Part shown: piece by piece, positions 1-10,444 of the stretch
Layout: each line of letters opens with the position of its first letter
How positions within the stretch are numbered: position 1 is the first letter of the stretch
Origin: Alkalilimnicola ehrlichii MLHE-1
GTDB lineage: Bacteria; Pseudomonadota; Gammaproteobacteria; Nitrococcales; Halorhodospiraceae
NCBI RefSeq assembly: GCF_000014785.1
Contig: NC_008340.1
Coordinates: 2,160,001-2,192,000, forward strand
Direction: 5' to 3'
Length of the DNA: 32,000 nucleotides
The notes under the pieces: generated by a model
Database searches by the model: none
Seen by the model: only the letters and a program-made list of their open reading frames with translations
Told to the model about the DNA's origin: nothing
Program-made: the position numbers and the translations under genes

Positions 1-1
1 C

Positions 2-802
2 AAGAAGGTGATGCTGGCCGCCTTCCCCACCGTCGAGGCCGGCGGCGAGGCGGTGGCCGGGATCATCGGCGACGGCATCATCCCCGGTGGCCTGGAGATG
101 ATGGACAACGCCGCCATCCGCGCCGCCGAGGACTTCGTCCACGCCGGCTACCCGGTGGATGCCGCCACCATCCTGATCTGCGAGCTGGACGGCAGTGAGG
201 CGGAGGTGGCCGCCCAGTGCGACCGGGTGCGCAAGCTGATGGAGCGCTACGGGGCCACCGAAATCCGCATCGCCGAGACCCCCGAACAGGCGCAGCGCTT
301 CTGGGCCGGGCGCAAGGCGGCCTTTCCCGCGGTGGGCCGTATCTCCCCCGACTACTACTGCATGGACGGCACCATCCCACGCAAGCACCTGGGCACGGTG
401 CTCAAGCGCATGCAGGCCCTCTCCGAGCAGTACGGCCTGCGGGTGGTGAACGTCTTTCACGCCGGTGACGGCAACCTGCACCCGCTGGTGCTCTACGACG
501 GCAACGTCCCGGGCGAGCTGGAACGCACCGAGGAGCTGGGCGGGCGCATCCTGGAGTTGTGTGTGGAGGTCGGCGGCACGGTCACCGGCGAGCACGGCGT
601 GGGCATGGAGAAGCTCGACCAGATGTGCGTGCAGTTCAACAAGGCGGAGCGCGAGCAGTTCTTCGCCCTCAAGCGCGCCTTCGATCCCAAGGGGCTGCTC
701 AACCCCGGCAAGGCCATCCCCACCCTGCACCGCTGCGCCGAGTTCGGCGCCATGCACGTGCACCACGGCGAACTGCCCTTCCCGGACATCGAGCGCTTCT
801 GA
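2..802 (+). CDS. glcD: Glycolate oxidase FAD-linked subunit GlcD, C-terminal part (5' end outside window)
   Basis: Open from window start; FAD-linked oxidase C-terminal motifs HAGDGNLHPLVLYD and GGTVTGEHGVGMEK; directly followed by glcE and glcF. Confidence 0.95.
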   Translation, partial: KKVMLAAFPTVEAGGEAVAGIIGDGIIPGGLEMMDNAAIRAAEDFVHAGYPVDAATILICELDGSEAEVAAQCDRVRKLMERYGATEIRIAETPEQAQRFWAGRKAAFPAVGRISPDYYCMDGTIPRKHLGTVLKRMQALSEQYGLRVVNVFHAGDGNLHPLVLYDGNVPGELERTEELGGRILELCVEVGGTVTGEHGVGMEKLDQMCVQFNKAEREQFFALKRAFDPKGLLNPGKAIPTLHRCAEFGAMHVHHGELPFPDIERF

Positions 803-814
803 CAGGACGGACCC

Positions 815-1879
815 ATGACCCACGAGAACGATCACAGCCAGGCCATTCGCGAGCGGGTGGCGGCCGCGGCCGGCAGCGGAACCGCGCTGGCCATCGAGGG
901 CAGCGGCAGCAAGGGCTTCCTGGGCCGTGAGCCCCAGGGCGAGCCGCTGTCGCTGGCGGAACACACCGGCATCGTCAACTACGAACCCACCGAGCTGGTG
1001 CTCACCGCCCGCACCGGCACCCGGCTGGAAGAACTGGAACACATCCTCGCCGACGCCGGCCAGATGCTGCCCTTCGAACCGCCGCAGTTCGACGGCGGTG
1101 GCACGCTGGGTGGCGCCATAGCCAGCGGCCTGTCCGGCCCGGCCCGGCCCTTCGCCGGCTCGGCGCGTGACCTGGTCCTGGGCTGCCGGCTGGTCAACGG
1201 CCGCGGTGAGGACATGCACTTCGGTGGCGAGGTCATGAAGAACGTCGCCGGCTACGACATCTCCCGCCTGCAGACCGGGGCCATGGGCACCCTGGGCGTC
1301 CTGCTGGAGGTCTCGCTCAAGGTCCTGCCGCGGCCCGAGAAGGTGCTCGGGCTGACCCTGGAGTTGCCCCGCAACGAGGGCTTCCGGAACGTCATGGATT
1401 GGCAGGCCCGCGGTGCGCCGGTCACCGGCAGCGCCCACGACGGCCACCGGCTACACCTGCGCCTGTCCGGGTCCGCCCTGGGGGTGAACGCCTCACGCAA
1501 GATGATCGGCGGCGAGGAGGAGGACCTGGCCTTCTGGCAGGATCTGCGCGACCACCGGCTGCCCTGGTTTGCCCGCCAGACCCTGCTCTGGCGGGTGGCC
1601 CTGCCACCGGGGCGCACCCTGCCCGAGGGCTTCCTGGGCAACGCCCTGCTGGACTGGAACGGCCAGCAGGTATGGATTGGCGGTGAACAGGACTTCGGGG
1701 CCCTGCAGCAGGCGGCGCGGACGGCAGGCGGCCATGCCCGCCTGTTCCGCGGCGGCGATCGCCGGGGCGAGGTGCTGCCCGACGGCGGCCCCGTCTTCCG
1801 GCGTCTGCACCGCAACATCAAGCAGGCCTTCGACCCCGAGGGCATCCTCAACCCGGGCCGACTCTACGCTGACCTCTGA
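815..1879 (+). CDS. glcE: Glycolate oxidase FAD-binding subunit GlcE
   Basis: 354 aa ORF; FAD_binding_4-like N-terminus (LAEHTGIVNYEPTELVLTARTGTRL, GGTLGGAIASGLSGPARP); ends FDPEGILNPGRLY; between glcD and glcF. Confidence 0.95.
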   Translation: MTHENDHSQAIRERVAAAAGSGTALAIEGSGSKGFLGREPQGEPLSLAEHTGIVNYEPTELVLTARTGTRLEELEHILADAGQMLPFEPPQFDGGGTLGGAIASGLSGPARPFAGSARDLVLGCRLVNGRGEDMHFGGEVMKNVAGYDISRLQTGAMGTLGVLLEVSLKVLPRPEKVLGLTLELPRNEGFRNVMDWQARGAPVTGSAHDGHRLHLRLSGSALGVNASRKMIGGEEEDLAFWQDLRDHRLPWFARQTLLWRVALPPGRTLPEGFLGNALLDWNGQQVWIGGEQDFGALQQAARTAGGHARLFRGGDRRGEVLPDGGPVFRRLHRNIKQAFDPEGILNPGRLYADL

Positions 1880-1886
1880 GGCCGCC

Positions 1887-3101
1887 ATGCAGACCCATAT
1901 CGCCGATTCCATCAAAGACACCGACGCCGGCCGTGAGGCCGAGCGCATCCTGCGCACCTGTACCCACTGTGGCTTCTGCCTGGCCACCTGCCCCACCTAT
2001 CAGGAGCTGGGCAACGAGCTGGACAGCCCCCGGGGCCGGATCTACCTGATCAAACAGGTGCTGGAGGGCCACGAGCCCAGCGCCGAGACCCAGCTCCACC
2101 TGGACCGCTGCCTGACCTGCCGGGCCTGCGAGAGCACCTGCCCGTCCGGTGTCCAGTACAGCAAACTCGCCGACATCGGCCGCGAGCTGGTGGAGGAGCA
2201 GGTGCCGCGCAGCAACCAGCGGCTGCTGCGTGCATTCATTCGCACCGTGGTCCCCAACCGGACCCTGTTCTCCACCCTGATGGGGCTGGGGCAGGCGGTG
2301 CGCCCGCTGGTTCCCGGCGTGTTGCGTAACAAACTGCCGGCCAAGGCGTCGGCCCCCGCCTGGCCGCCGGCCCCTGCCCAGCCCCAGCGCCGGGTGTTGC
2401 TGCTGGAGGGCTGCGCCCAACCGGCCATGACCCCCGCCACCAACCCGGAGACCGTCCGGCTGCTGGGCGAGGCGGGCATCGAAGTGGTGCGCACGCCCAA
2501 GGCCGGCTGCTGCGGCGCGCTGCACCAGCACCTGGGGGATCCGCAGGCCGCCCACGGCTACATCAAGCACAACATCGACACCTGGTGGCCGGAGATCGAA
2601 AACGGCGCCGACGCCATCGTGGTCAACGCCAGCGGCTGCGGCGCCCAGGTGAAAGAGTACGGCTACTTCCTGCGCAACGATCCGGACTATGCGGATAAGG
2701 CCGCCGAGGTGGCCCGTCTGGCCTGCGACCCGGTGGAGCTGCTGGAAGGGTTGGGCGACCGCCTGGCGCCGAGGCCCGACGCACCCCGGCGGATCGCCTT
2801 CCAGTGCCCCTGCACCCTGCAACACGGCCAGAAGATGCCGGGGCGGGTGGAGGCCCTGCTGCGCAAGGCCGGTTTCGAGCTGACTCCGGTCGGCGAGCCG
2901 CACCTGTGCTGCGGCTCCGCCGGCAGCTACTCGATCCTGCAGCCGGCGCTGGCCAAGCGGCTGCGCCGGCGCAAACTGAACAACATCGAGCCGGGGCGGC
3001 CGGAGATGATCGTCACCGCCAATGTGGGTTGCCAGACCCACCTGGGTGAGGAGGCCACGGTCCCGGTCCGCCACTGGGTAGAGCTGCTGACGGTGCGCTG
3101 A
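1887..3101 (+). CDS. glcF: Glycolate oxidase iron-sulfur subunit GlcF
   Basis: ATG at 1887 (MQTHIADSIKDTDAGREAERILRTCTHCGFCLATCPTYQ); two 4Fe-4S motifs and C-terminal cysteine-rich CCG-type domains. Confidence 0.95.
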   Translation: MQTHIADSIKDTDAGREAERILRTCTHCGFCLATCPTYQELGNELDSPRGRIYLIKQVLEGHEPSAETQLHLDRCLTCRACESTCPSGVQYSKLADIGRELVEEQVPRSNQRLLRAFIRTVVPNRTLFSTLMGLGQAVRPLVPGVLRNKLPAKASAPAWPPAPAQPQRRVLLLEGCAQPAMTPATNPETVRLLGEAGIEVVRTPKAGCCGALHQHLGDPQAAHGYIKHNIDTWWPEIENGADAIVVNASGCGAQVKEYGYFLRNDPDYADKAAEVARLACDPVELLEGLGDRLAPRPDAPRRIAFQCPCTLQHGQKMPGRVEALLRKAGFELTPVGEPHLCCGSAGSYSILQPALAKRLRRRKLNNIEPGRPEMIVTANVGCQTHLGEEATVPVRHWVELLTVR

Positions 3102-3202
3102 GCCGGACGCCGGCCGGTGGCAGATGCCCGACCCGGCCGGTAGACTACCGGACTGGCCCCCCCGGGCCCAACACAGTCACGAGCCAGCAAGAGGGACCCC
3201 GA

Positions 3203-4024
3203 ATGGCCGAAGCACTACCCCTGGTCCTGGAACCCGCCCGCCTCCAGGAGGCGTTGGCACAACGGGACGGCCTGCTGGTGGTCGATCTCAGCGACGGCAA
3301 CGACTACCGGGAGGCCCACATCCCCGGGGCCGTGCATCTGGACTTCCCCCACCTGCTGCGCCAGGTCCCGCCGGCAATGGGCCTGCTGCCCGACCTGCGG
3401 ACCCTGTCCGCGGTGCTCTCCGGGATCGGGCTCACCCCCGAGACCCACGTGGTGGCCTGCGACCGCAACGGCGGCGGCCGCGCCGGACGACTGATCTGGA
3501 CCCTGGACCTGCTTGGCCACCCGCACCGCGCCTGGCTCAATGGCGGCGTCACCGCCTGGGCGGGCGAGGGTCGGCCGCTGGAGGGGGGTGTGGTCACGCC
3601 CCGGCACAGCGACTACCGGGCGGAACTCCGCCACCCGGAGTACCGCGCCGACTGCGCCTGGGTGCTGGCGCACCTGGACTCGCCCTCAGTGGCGGTGCTG
3701 GACTCGCGCTCGGCGCCGGAATACCGCGGCGAGGACGTGCGCGCCATGCGGGGCGGCCACATCCCGGGAGCGGCGAACCTGGACTGGCTGGAGACCATGG
3801 ACCGGGGCAACCACCTCAAGCTGCTGCCGGACGAGCGCCTGCGGGCAATGCTCGCCGAGCGCGGCATTCAGCCGGAGCAGGAGGTGGTGACCCACTGCCA
3901 GACCCACCACCGCTCCTCCCACGCCTACGTGATGCTGCGCCACCTCGGCTTCGACAGGGTGCGGGGCTACGATGGCTCCTGGTCGGAATGGGGCAATCGC
4001 ACGGACACCCCGGTAGAGAAGTGA
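3203..4024 (+). CDS. Sulfurtransferase with tandem rhodanese domains
   Basis: 273 aa; DGNDYREAHIPGAVHLDFPHL and AMRGGHIPGAANLDW rhodanese motifs; candidate active-site loop CQTHHRS. Confidence 0.88.
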   Translation: MAEALPLVLEPARLQEALAQRDGLLVVDLSDGNDYREAHIPGAVHLDFPHLLRQVPPAMGLLPDLRTLSAVLSGIGLTPETHVVACDRNGGGRAGRLIWTLDLLGHPHRAWLNGGVTAWAGEGRPLEGGVVTPRHSDYRAELRHPEYRADCAWVLAHLDSPSVAVLDSRSAPEYRGEDVRAMRGGHIPGAANLDWLETMDRGNHLKLLPDERLRAMLAERGIQPEQEVVTHCQTHHRSSHAYVMLRHLGFDRVRGYDGSWSEWGNRTDTPVEK

Positions 4025-4027
4025 TCA

Positions 4028-4054
4028 GGGCCCCGGCGGCCGGCGCCGGGGCCC
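4028..4054. terminator. GC-rich hairpin between convergent sulfurtransferase and dapB
   Basis: GGGCCCCGGCG (4028-4038) / CGCCGGGGCCC (4044-4054), perfect 11-bp stem with 5-nt loop between convergent genes; no clear T-tract. Confidence 0.4.
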
Positions 4055-4061
4055 GTGCCGG

Positions 4062-6019
<1,958 letters not shown>

Positions 6020-6060
6020 GATGCAGGTTCCAGGCTTTCAGGATGGACCTCAACGGCGAA

Positions 6061-6092
6061 GGCGCAGGCCGGTGAGGATACCGGCCTGCGCC
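6061..6092. other. Perfect intergenic hairpin between dnaK and dnaJ
   Basis: GGCGCAGGCCGGT (6061-6073) GAGGAT ACCGGCCTGCGCC (6080-6092); 13-bp stem, 6-nt loop, no U-tract. Confidence 0.6.
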
Positions 6093-6124
6093 CCGTCCGT
6101 CAGCTCTCGACGCCAAGCGCCGGC

Positions 6125-8080
6125 TTACTTGCGGTCCTTGTCCTCGTCCTGATCCTTGACCTCCTCGAACTCCGCGTCGACCACGTCGTCCTCGGACTTG
6201 CCGCTGCCACCGGCCTGCTGCTGCTCGCCGCCGGCCGCCTGCTCCGCGGCCTCCTCGCCACCCTGGGCGGCGTACATCTTCTCGGCCAGCTTGCCGGAGC
6301 GCTCGGCCAGCTGCTGGGTCTTAGCCTCGATGGCCTCCTTGTCATCGCCCTTCATGGCCTCTTCCAGCTCCTTGATCGCCTCCTCGATGGACTGCTTCTC
6401 GCCGGAGTCGATCTTGTCGCCGAACTCGCTCAGCGACTTGTTGGTGGCATGGATCATGTTATCGGCCTGGTTGCGGGCCTCCACCAACTCGCGCGCCTTG
6501 CGGTCCTCCTCGGCGTGGGCCTCGGCGTCCTTGACCATGTTCTCGATCTCCTCCTCGGACAGACCGGAGGAGGCCTTGATGACGATCTTGTTCTCCTTGC
6601 CGGTGGCCTTGTCCTTGGCGGAGACGTGCAGGATGCCGTTGGCGTCGATGTCGAAGGTGACCTCGATCTGCGGCACGCCGCGCGGTGCCGGCGGGATGTC
6701 GGTCAGGTCGAAGCGGCCCAGGCTCTTGTTGTCCTTGGCCATCTCGCGCTCACCCTGGAGCACGTGCACCGTCACCGCCCCCTGGTTGTCCTCGGCCGTG
6801 GAGAAGGTCTGCGAGGCCTTGGTCGGGATGGTGGTGTTCTTCTCGATCAGCTTGGTCATCACCCCGCCCAGGGTCTCGATGCCCAGGGAGAGCGGGGTGA
6901 CATCCAGCAGCAGCACGTCCTTGACGTCACCGCCCAGCACACCGCCCTGGATGGCGGCACCCACGGCCACGGCCTCGTCCGGGTTGACGTCCTTGCGCGG
7001 CTCCTTGCCGAAGAACTGGGTGACGGCCTCCTGGACCTTGGGCATGCGGGTCTGGCCGCCCACCAGGATCACCTCGTCCACATCGCTGGCGGACAGGCCG
7101 GCATCCTTCAGGGCCACCTTGCAGGGCTCGATGGTGCGCTTGATCAGGCCCTCGACCAGCGACTCCAGCTTGGCCCGGGTGAGCTTGATGGCCAGGTGCT
7201 TCGGGCCGGCCTGATCGGCCGTGATGTAGGGCAGATTCACTTCGGTCTGCTGGGCCGACGAGAGCTCAATCTTGGCCTTCTCAGCGGCCTCCTTGAGGCG
7301 CTGCATGGCCAGGCGGTCGCCGCCCAGGTCGATGCCCTGGTCCTTCTTGAACTCGGCGATCAGGTAGTCGATGACCGCCCGGTCGAAGTCCTCGCCGCCC
7401 AGGAAGGTGTCACCGTTGGTGGCCAGCACCTCGAACTGGTGCTCGCCGTCCACCTCGGCGATCTCGATGATGGAGATGTCGAAGGTGCCGCCGCCCAGGT
7501 CGTAGACGGCCACCTTGCGATCGCCGCCCTTCTTGTCCAGACCGTAGGCCAGGGCCGCCGCGGTGGGCTCGTTGATGATGCGCTTGACCTCCAGCCCGGC
7601 GATCTTACCGGCGTCCTTGGTGGCCTGGCGCTGAGAGTCGTTGAAGTAGGCCGGGACAGTGATGACCGCCTCGGTGACGGTCTCGCCCAGGTAGTCCTCG
7701 GCGGTCTTTTTCATCTTCTGCAGGGTGCGGGCGGAGATCTCCGGCGGCGCCATCTTCTTGCCGCGCACCTCCACCCAGGCGTCCCCGTTATCGGCCTTGA
7801 CGATCTTGTAGGGCATCTCGCGCACGTCGCGCTGCACCACGTCCTCTTCGAAGCGGCGGCCGATCAGGCGCTTCACCGCAAACACGGTGTTTTCCGGGTT
7901 GGTCACCGCCTGGCGCTTGGCCGGCGCGCCGGTGAGCACCTCGCCGTCTTCGGCGAAGGCCACCACCGAGGGGGTGGTGCGATCGCCCTCGCTGTTCTCG
8001 ATGACCCGGGTGCTGCCACCGTCCATGACGGCCACGCAGGAGTTGGTGGTGCCCAGGTCGATGCCGATGATCTTACTCAT
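6125..8080 (-). CDS. dnaK: Molecular chaperone DnaK
   Basis: [22 protein letters not shown] from ATG at 8080; full Hsp70 sequence ending in an acidic C-terminal tail. The longer track ORF start is upstream over-extension. Confidence 0.99.
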   Translation of the reverse strand: MSKIIGIDLGTTNSCVAVMDGGSTRVIENSEGDRTTPSVVAFAEDGEVLTGAPAKRQAVTNPENTVFAVKRLIGRRFEEDVVQRDVREMPYKIVKADNGDAWVEVRGKKMAPPEISARTLQKMKKTAEDYLGETVTEAVITVPAYFNDSQRQATKDAGKIAGLEVKRIINEPTAAALAYGLDKKGGDRKVAVYDLGGGTFDISIIEIAEVDGEHQFEVLATNGDTFLGGEDFDRAVIDYLIAEFKKDQGIDLGGDRLAMQRLKEAAEKAKIELSSAQQTEVNLPYITADQAGPKHLAIKLTRAKLESLVEGLIKRTIEPCKVALKDAGLSASDVDEVILVGGQTRMPKVQEAVTQFFGKEPRKDVNPDEAVAVGAAIQGGVLGGDVKDVLLLDVTPLSLGIETLGGVMTKLIEKNTTIPTKASQTFSTAEDNQGAVTVHVLQGEREMAKDNKSLGRFDLTDIPPAPRGVPQIEVTFDIDANGILHVSAKDKATGKENKIVIKASSGLSEEEIENMVKDAEAHAEEDRKARELVEARNQADNMIHATNKSLSEFGDKIDSGEKQSIEEAIKELEEAMKGDDKEAIEAKTQQLAERSGKLAEKMYAAQGGEEAAEQAAGGEQQQAGGSGKSEDDVVDAEFEEVKDQDEDKDRK

Positions 8081-8157
8081 AAAATGCTCCTGAATGCTGT
8101 TGTCCGTGGACCCTGCCCCGGCGCGGCGCCGGGCTGCCATTCGCTGTCTGCCCCTTT

Positions 8158-8187
8158 ACATGGGGCCGCGCCCGGGCATTTCAAGGG
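8158..8187 (-). promoter_or_regulatory. Sigma32 (RpoH)-like promoter upstream of dnaK
   Basis: Minus strand reads CCCTTGAAA-N13-CCCCATGT; CTTGAA to CCCCAT spacing 14 nt; about 70-80 nt upstream of dnaK ATG. Confidence 0.75.
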
Positions 8188-8203
8188 CGCGCTTGCCATT
8201 CGT

Positions 8204-8860
8204 TCAGGCCTGTTCGTCGATGGAGCCGGACGGGGGCGGCTCCGGGGCCTTCTGCGAAACCACCACCATCGCCGGGCGCAGCACCCGGTCGTGCAGGGCA
8301 TAGCCCTTCTGCATGACGTTGAGCACGGTGTTGGGCTCATGCTCGTGGGAGGGTTGGGCGGCCACCGCCTCGTGGTGCTCGGGGTTGAAGCGCTCGCCCT
8401 GGGGGTCGATCTCCTGGACATTGAACCGCTCCAGCACTTGGCTGAGCATCTTCAGGGTCAGCTCCGAGCCCTCCAGCAGCTTCTGCGGGTCGGCGCCCTC
8501 CTCCTTCGCGGCCTTGACGCCCATCTCCAGGCTGTCCTTCACCCCCAGCAGGTCCCCGGCGATCTTCTCCACCGCATACTTGCGGGCCTTCTCCACATCG
8601 GCCTGGGCCCGGCGTTGGATGTTCTGCATCTCCGCCCGCGCCCGCAGGCACTCGTTCCAGTTCTCCTCGGCCCGGGCCCGCGCCTCCTCCAGCGCCTGCT
8701 GGAGCTCGGTCAGTTCGTCACCGGAGTCACCGGAAGCGGACTCGGCGCCATCCTCGGCTGCCTGCGCCTCCGGCGCCTGTCCGGCCTCGGCGGACTCCGC
8801 CTCCGAATGCGCCTTGTCCTCGGACTGCTGGCGTTCCGCCTCTCGCTGCTTATCGCTCAT
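8204..8860 (-). CDS. grpE: Nucleotide exchange factor GrpE
   Basis: MSDKQREAERQQ... start; GrpE core (RNVEQ-like ARAEMQNIQRRAQADVEKARKYAVEKIAGDLLGVKDSLEM; PNTVLNVMQKGYALHDRVLRPAMVVVSQ). Confidence 0.97.
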   Translation of the reverse strand: MSDKQREAERQQSEDKAHSEAESAEAGQAPEAQAAEDGAESASGDSGDELTELQQALEEARARAEENWNECLRARAEMQNIQRRAQADVEKARKYAVEKIAGDLLGVKDSLEMGVKAAKEEGADPQKLLEGSELTLKMLSQVLERFNVQEIDPQGERFNPEHHEAVAAQPSHEHEPNTVLNVMQKGYALHDRVLRPAMVVVSQKAPEPPPSGSIDEQA

Positions 8861-8977
8861 GCTTGATCTCCGCGGATTTCTGGTGATGTGTTCGGCCAAT
8901 AGGGCCCGACCCGGGGCGACGCCGCCCGGGCGGCCCGGGCGCCCCCGCCACAGCCCGGGGGCGCGGTCTGGTGAAGC

Positions 8978-9007
8978 ATATGGGGACTCAGCGGGTCTGA
9001 TTCAAGG
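8978..9007 (-). promoter_or_regulatory. Sigma32-like promoter upstream of grpE, overlapping the hrcA stop
   Basis: Minus strand CCTTGAAT-N14-CCCCATAT; CTTGAA to CCCCAT spacing 15 nt; straddles the hrcA stop codon at 8988-8990. Confidence 0.68.
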
Positions 9008-10040
9008 CCGCGCCGAGCAATTGGGCGGTCATGTCCACAATGGGGATGACCCGTTGGTAGGCCATGCGGGTGGGGCCGATGACGCCCAACACGCCCACCG
9101 GCTGCCCCTCCATGGCATACCGGGCGGTGACCAGGCTGCAGCCGTCGAAGACCCGATACCCGGCCTCCCGGCCGATGAAGATCTGCACCCCCTCGGCCGA
9201 CAGGCAGCGGTCCAGCAGGTGCAGCATGTCGCGCTTCTCGTTGAAGGCGCGGAAGAGCTCCCGCAGCTTGTCCAGGTCGGAGAGTTCAGAGAGCGCCATC
9301 AGGTTGGTCTCCCCGGCCACCACGCAGTCCTCACCGGTCTCCTCGTCGTTGAAGACCTTCTCGCCCATCTCGAAGGCGGTCTGCATCAACTGGTCCATGC
9401 GCTCGCGATCCTCGCGCATGGCCTCCACCAGCGACTGACGGACCCGCTGGACGTCCCAGCCGGAAAACTGGGCGTTGAGGTAGTTGCTGAGGGTGCGCAG
9501 CTCCGACTCCTGGTAGGGCCGGTCGGTCTCGATCACCCGGTTCTCGACATCACTCTCGTTGAGCACCACGATGGCCAGCACCCGGTTGCCCGACAACGGC
9601 AGAAACTCCACGTGCCGCAGCGCGCGCAGGTCCTGGCGCGGCAGGGTCACCACACCGGCATAGCGGGTCAGCCCGCTGAGCAGATGGGAGGCCGAGCCCA
9701 GCAGTTCATCGGTGCGGCCGCCCGCCTCCAACCGCAGCTCCAGCGCGTCGAACTGATCGGTGTCCCACGACCGGGCGCTGAGCAGGGTGTCCACGAAGAA
9801 CCGGTAGCCCTTGTCGGTGGGCTGACGGCCCGCCGAGGTGTGCGGCGAGCAGACATAGCCCAGCTCCTCGAGCTCGGCCATCACGTTGCGCACGGTGGCG
9901 GAGCTGACCGACAACCCGGAGGCCTTGACCAGGCTGCGCGAGCCCACCGGCCGGCCGTCACTGATATAGCACTGCACCAGGGTACGCAGCAGGTGCTGCG
10001 CCCGGGGGCTCAGCTCGGTTGTCTCTCGTGACTGGCTCAT
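8988..10040 (-). CDS. hrcA: Heat-inducible transcription repressor HrcA
   Basis: MSQSRETTELSPRAQHLLRTLVQCYISDGRPVGSRSLVKASGLSVSSATVRNVMAELEELGYVCSPHTSAGR; start ATG at 10040. Confidence 0.97.
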   Translation of the reverse strand: MSQSRETTELSPRAQHLLRTLVQCYISDGRPVGSRSLVKASGLSVSSATVRNVMAELEELGYVCSPHTSAGRQPTDKGYRFFVDTLLSARSWDTDQFDALELRLEAGGRTDELLGSASHLLSGLTRYAGVVTLPRQDLRALRHVEFLPLSGNRVLAIVVLNESDVENRVIETDRPYQESELRTLSNYLNAQFSGWDVQRVRQSLVEAMREDRERMDQLMQTAFEMGEKVFNDEETGEDCVVAGETNLMALSELSDLDKLRELFRAFNEKRDMLHLLDRCLSAEGVQIFIGREAGYRVFDGCSLVTARYAMEGQPVGVLGVIGPTRMAYQRVIPIVDMTAQLLGAALNQTR

Positions 10041-10147
10041 AGGCTCATTGTACCCGCGCCACCCCACGCTTACAGCCTCTTGAAGAACTGGGTGCGGGGG
10101 AGGGGGGCAGGCCACCCCCCCCACCGTCACTGCGAGGAGGGCTACTT

Positions 10148-10234
10148 CCCCACCGTCACTGCGAGGAGGCGAAGCCGACGTGGCAGTCTACCGCTCTGGA
10201 TCGCCACGGGCCTTCGGCCCTCGCGATGACGGGG
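10148..10234 (-). repeat. Dispersed palindromic repeat, copy A (inverted relative to copies B and C)
   Basis: CCCCACCGTCACTGCGAGGAGGCGAAGCCGACGTGGCAGTCTACCGCTCTGGATCGCCACGGGCCTTCGGCCCTCGCGATGACGGGG; near-exact reverse complement of 21648-21735. Confidence 0.88.
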
Positions 10235-10325
10235 AGGAGGTGGGCGGCCCTCGCGATGACGGGGAGGAGGTGAGCGGCCCTCGCGATGACGGGGAGGAGG
10301 TGAGCGGCCCTCGCGATGACGGGGG
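10215..10325. repeat. Tandem 30-bp repeat, about 3.7 units
   Basis: Units CGGCCCTCGCGATGACGGGGAGGAGGTG(A/G)G at 10215, 10245, 10275 and partial at 10305. Confidence 0.9.
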
Positions 10326-10444
10326 TACGCCGTTCTTCCTTGATTCGGGCCCGCGCAGCCGGGGGGGTGAGGCTCGCGACGCCGGATGGGCTCACCGTCG
10401 CAGGATTGGCGGCATCCGGCCGGCGTGATAACTTTGCGCGCACA

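Noticed and set aside
1848-3074. 408-aa minus-strand ORF antisense to glcF
   Set aside because: glcF has full Fe-S motifs; the antisense product is a GC-codon artefact.
8081-8203. CIRCE element expected near HrcA-regulated genes
   Set aside because: Searched by eye upstream of dnaK, grpE and hrcA; no TTAGCACTC-N9-GAGTGCTAA or close variant. Sigma32-like boxes are present instead.
6449-8866. 805-aa plus-strand ORF antisense to dnaK/grpE
   Set aside because: The opposite strand encodes clear full-length DnaK and GrpE; the antisense ORF is low-complexity (Leu/Gly/His/Gln-rich) and is an expected artefact of high-GC coding DNA.
10215-10325. CRISPR-like regular 30-bp repetition
   Set aside because: Units are directly contiguous with no unique spacers, and they are continuous with a dispersed repeat end; no cas genes are present.
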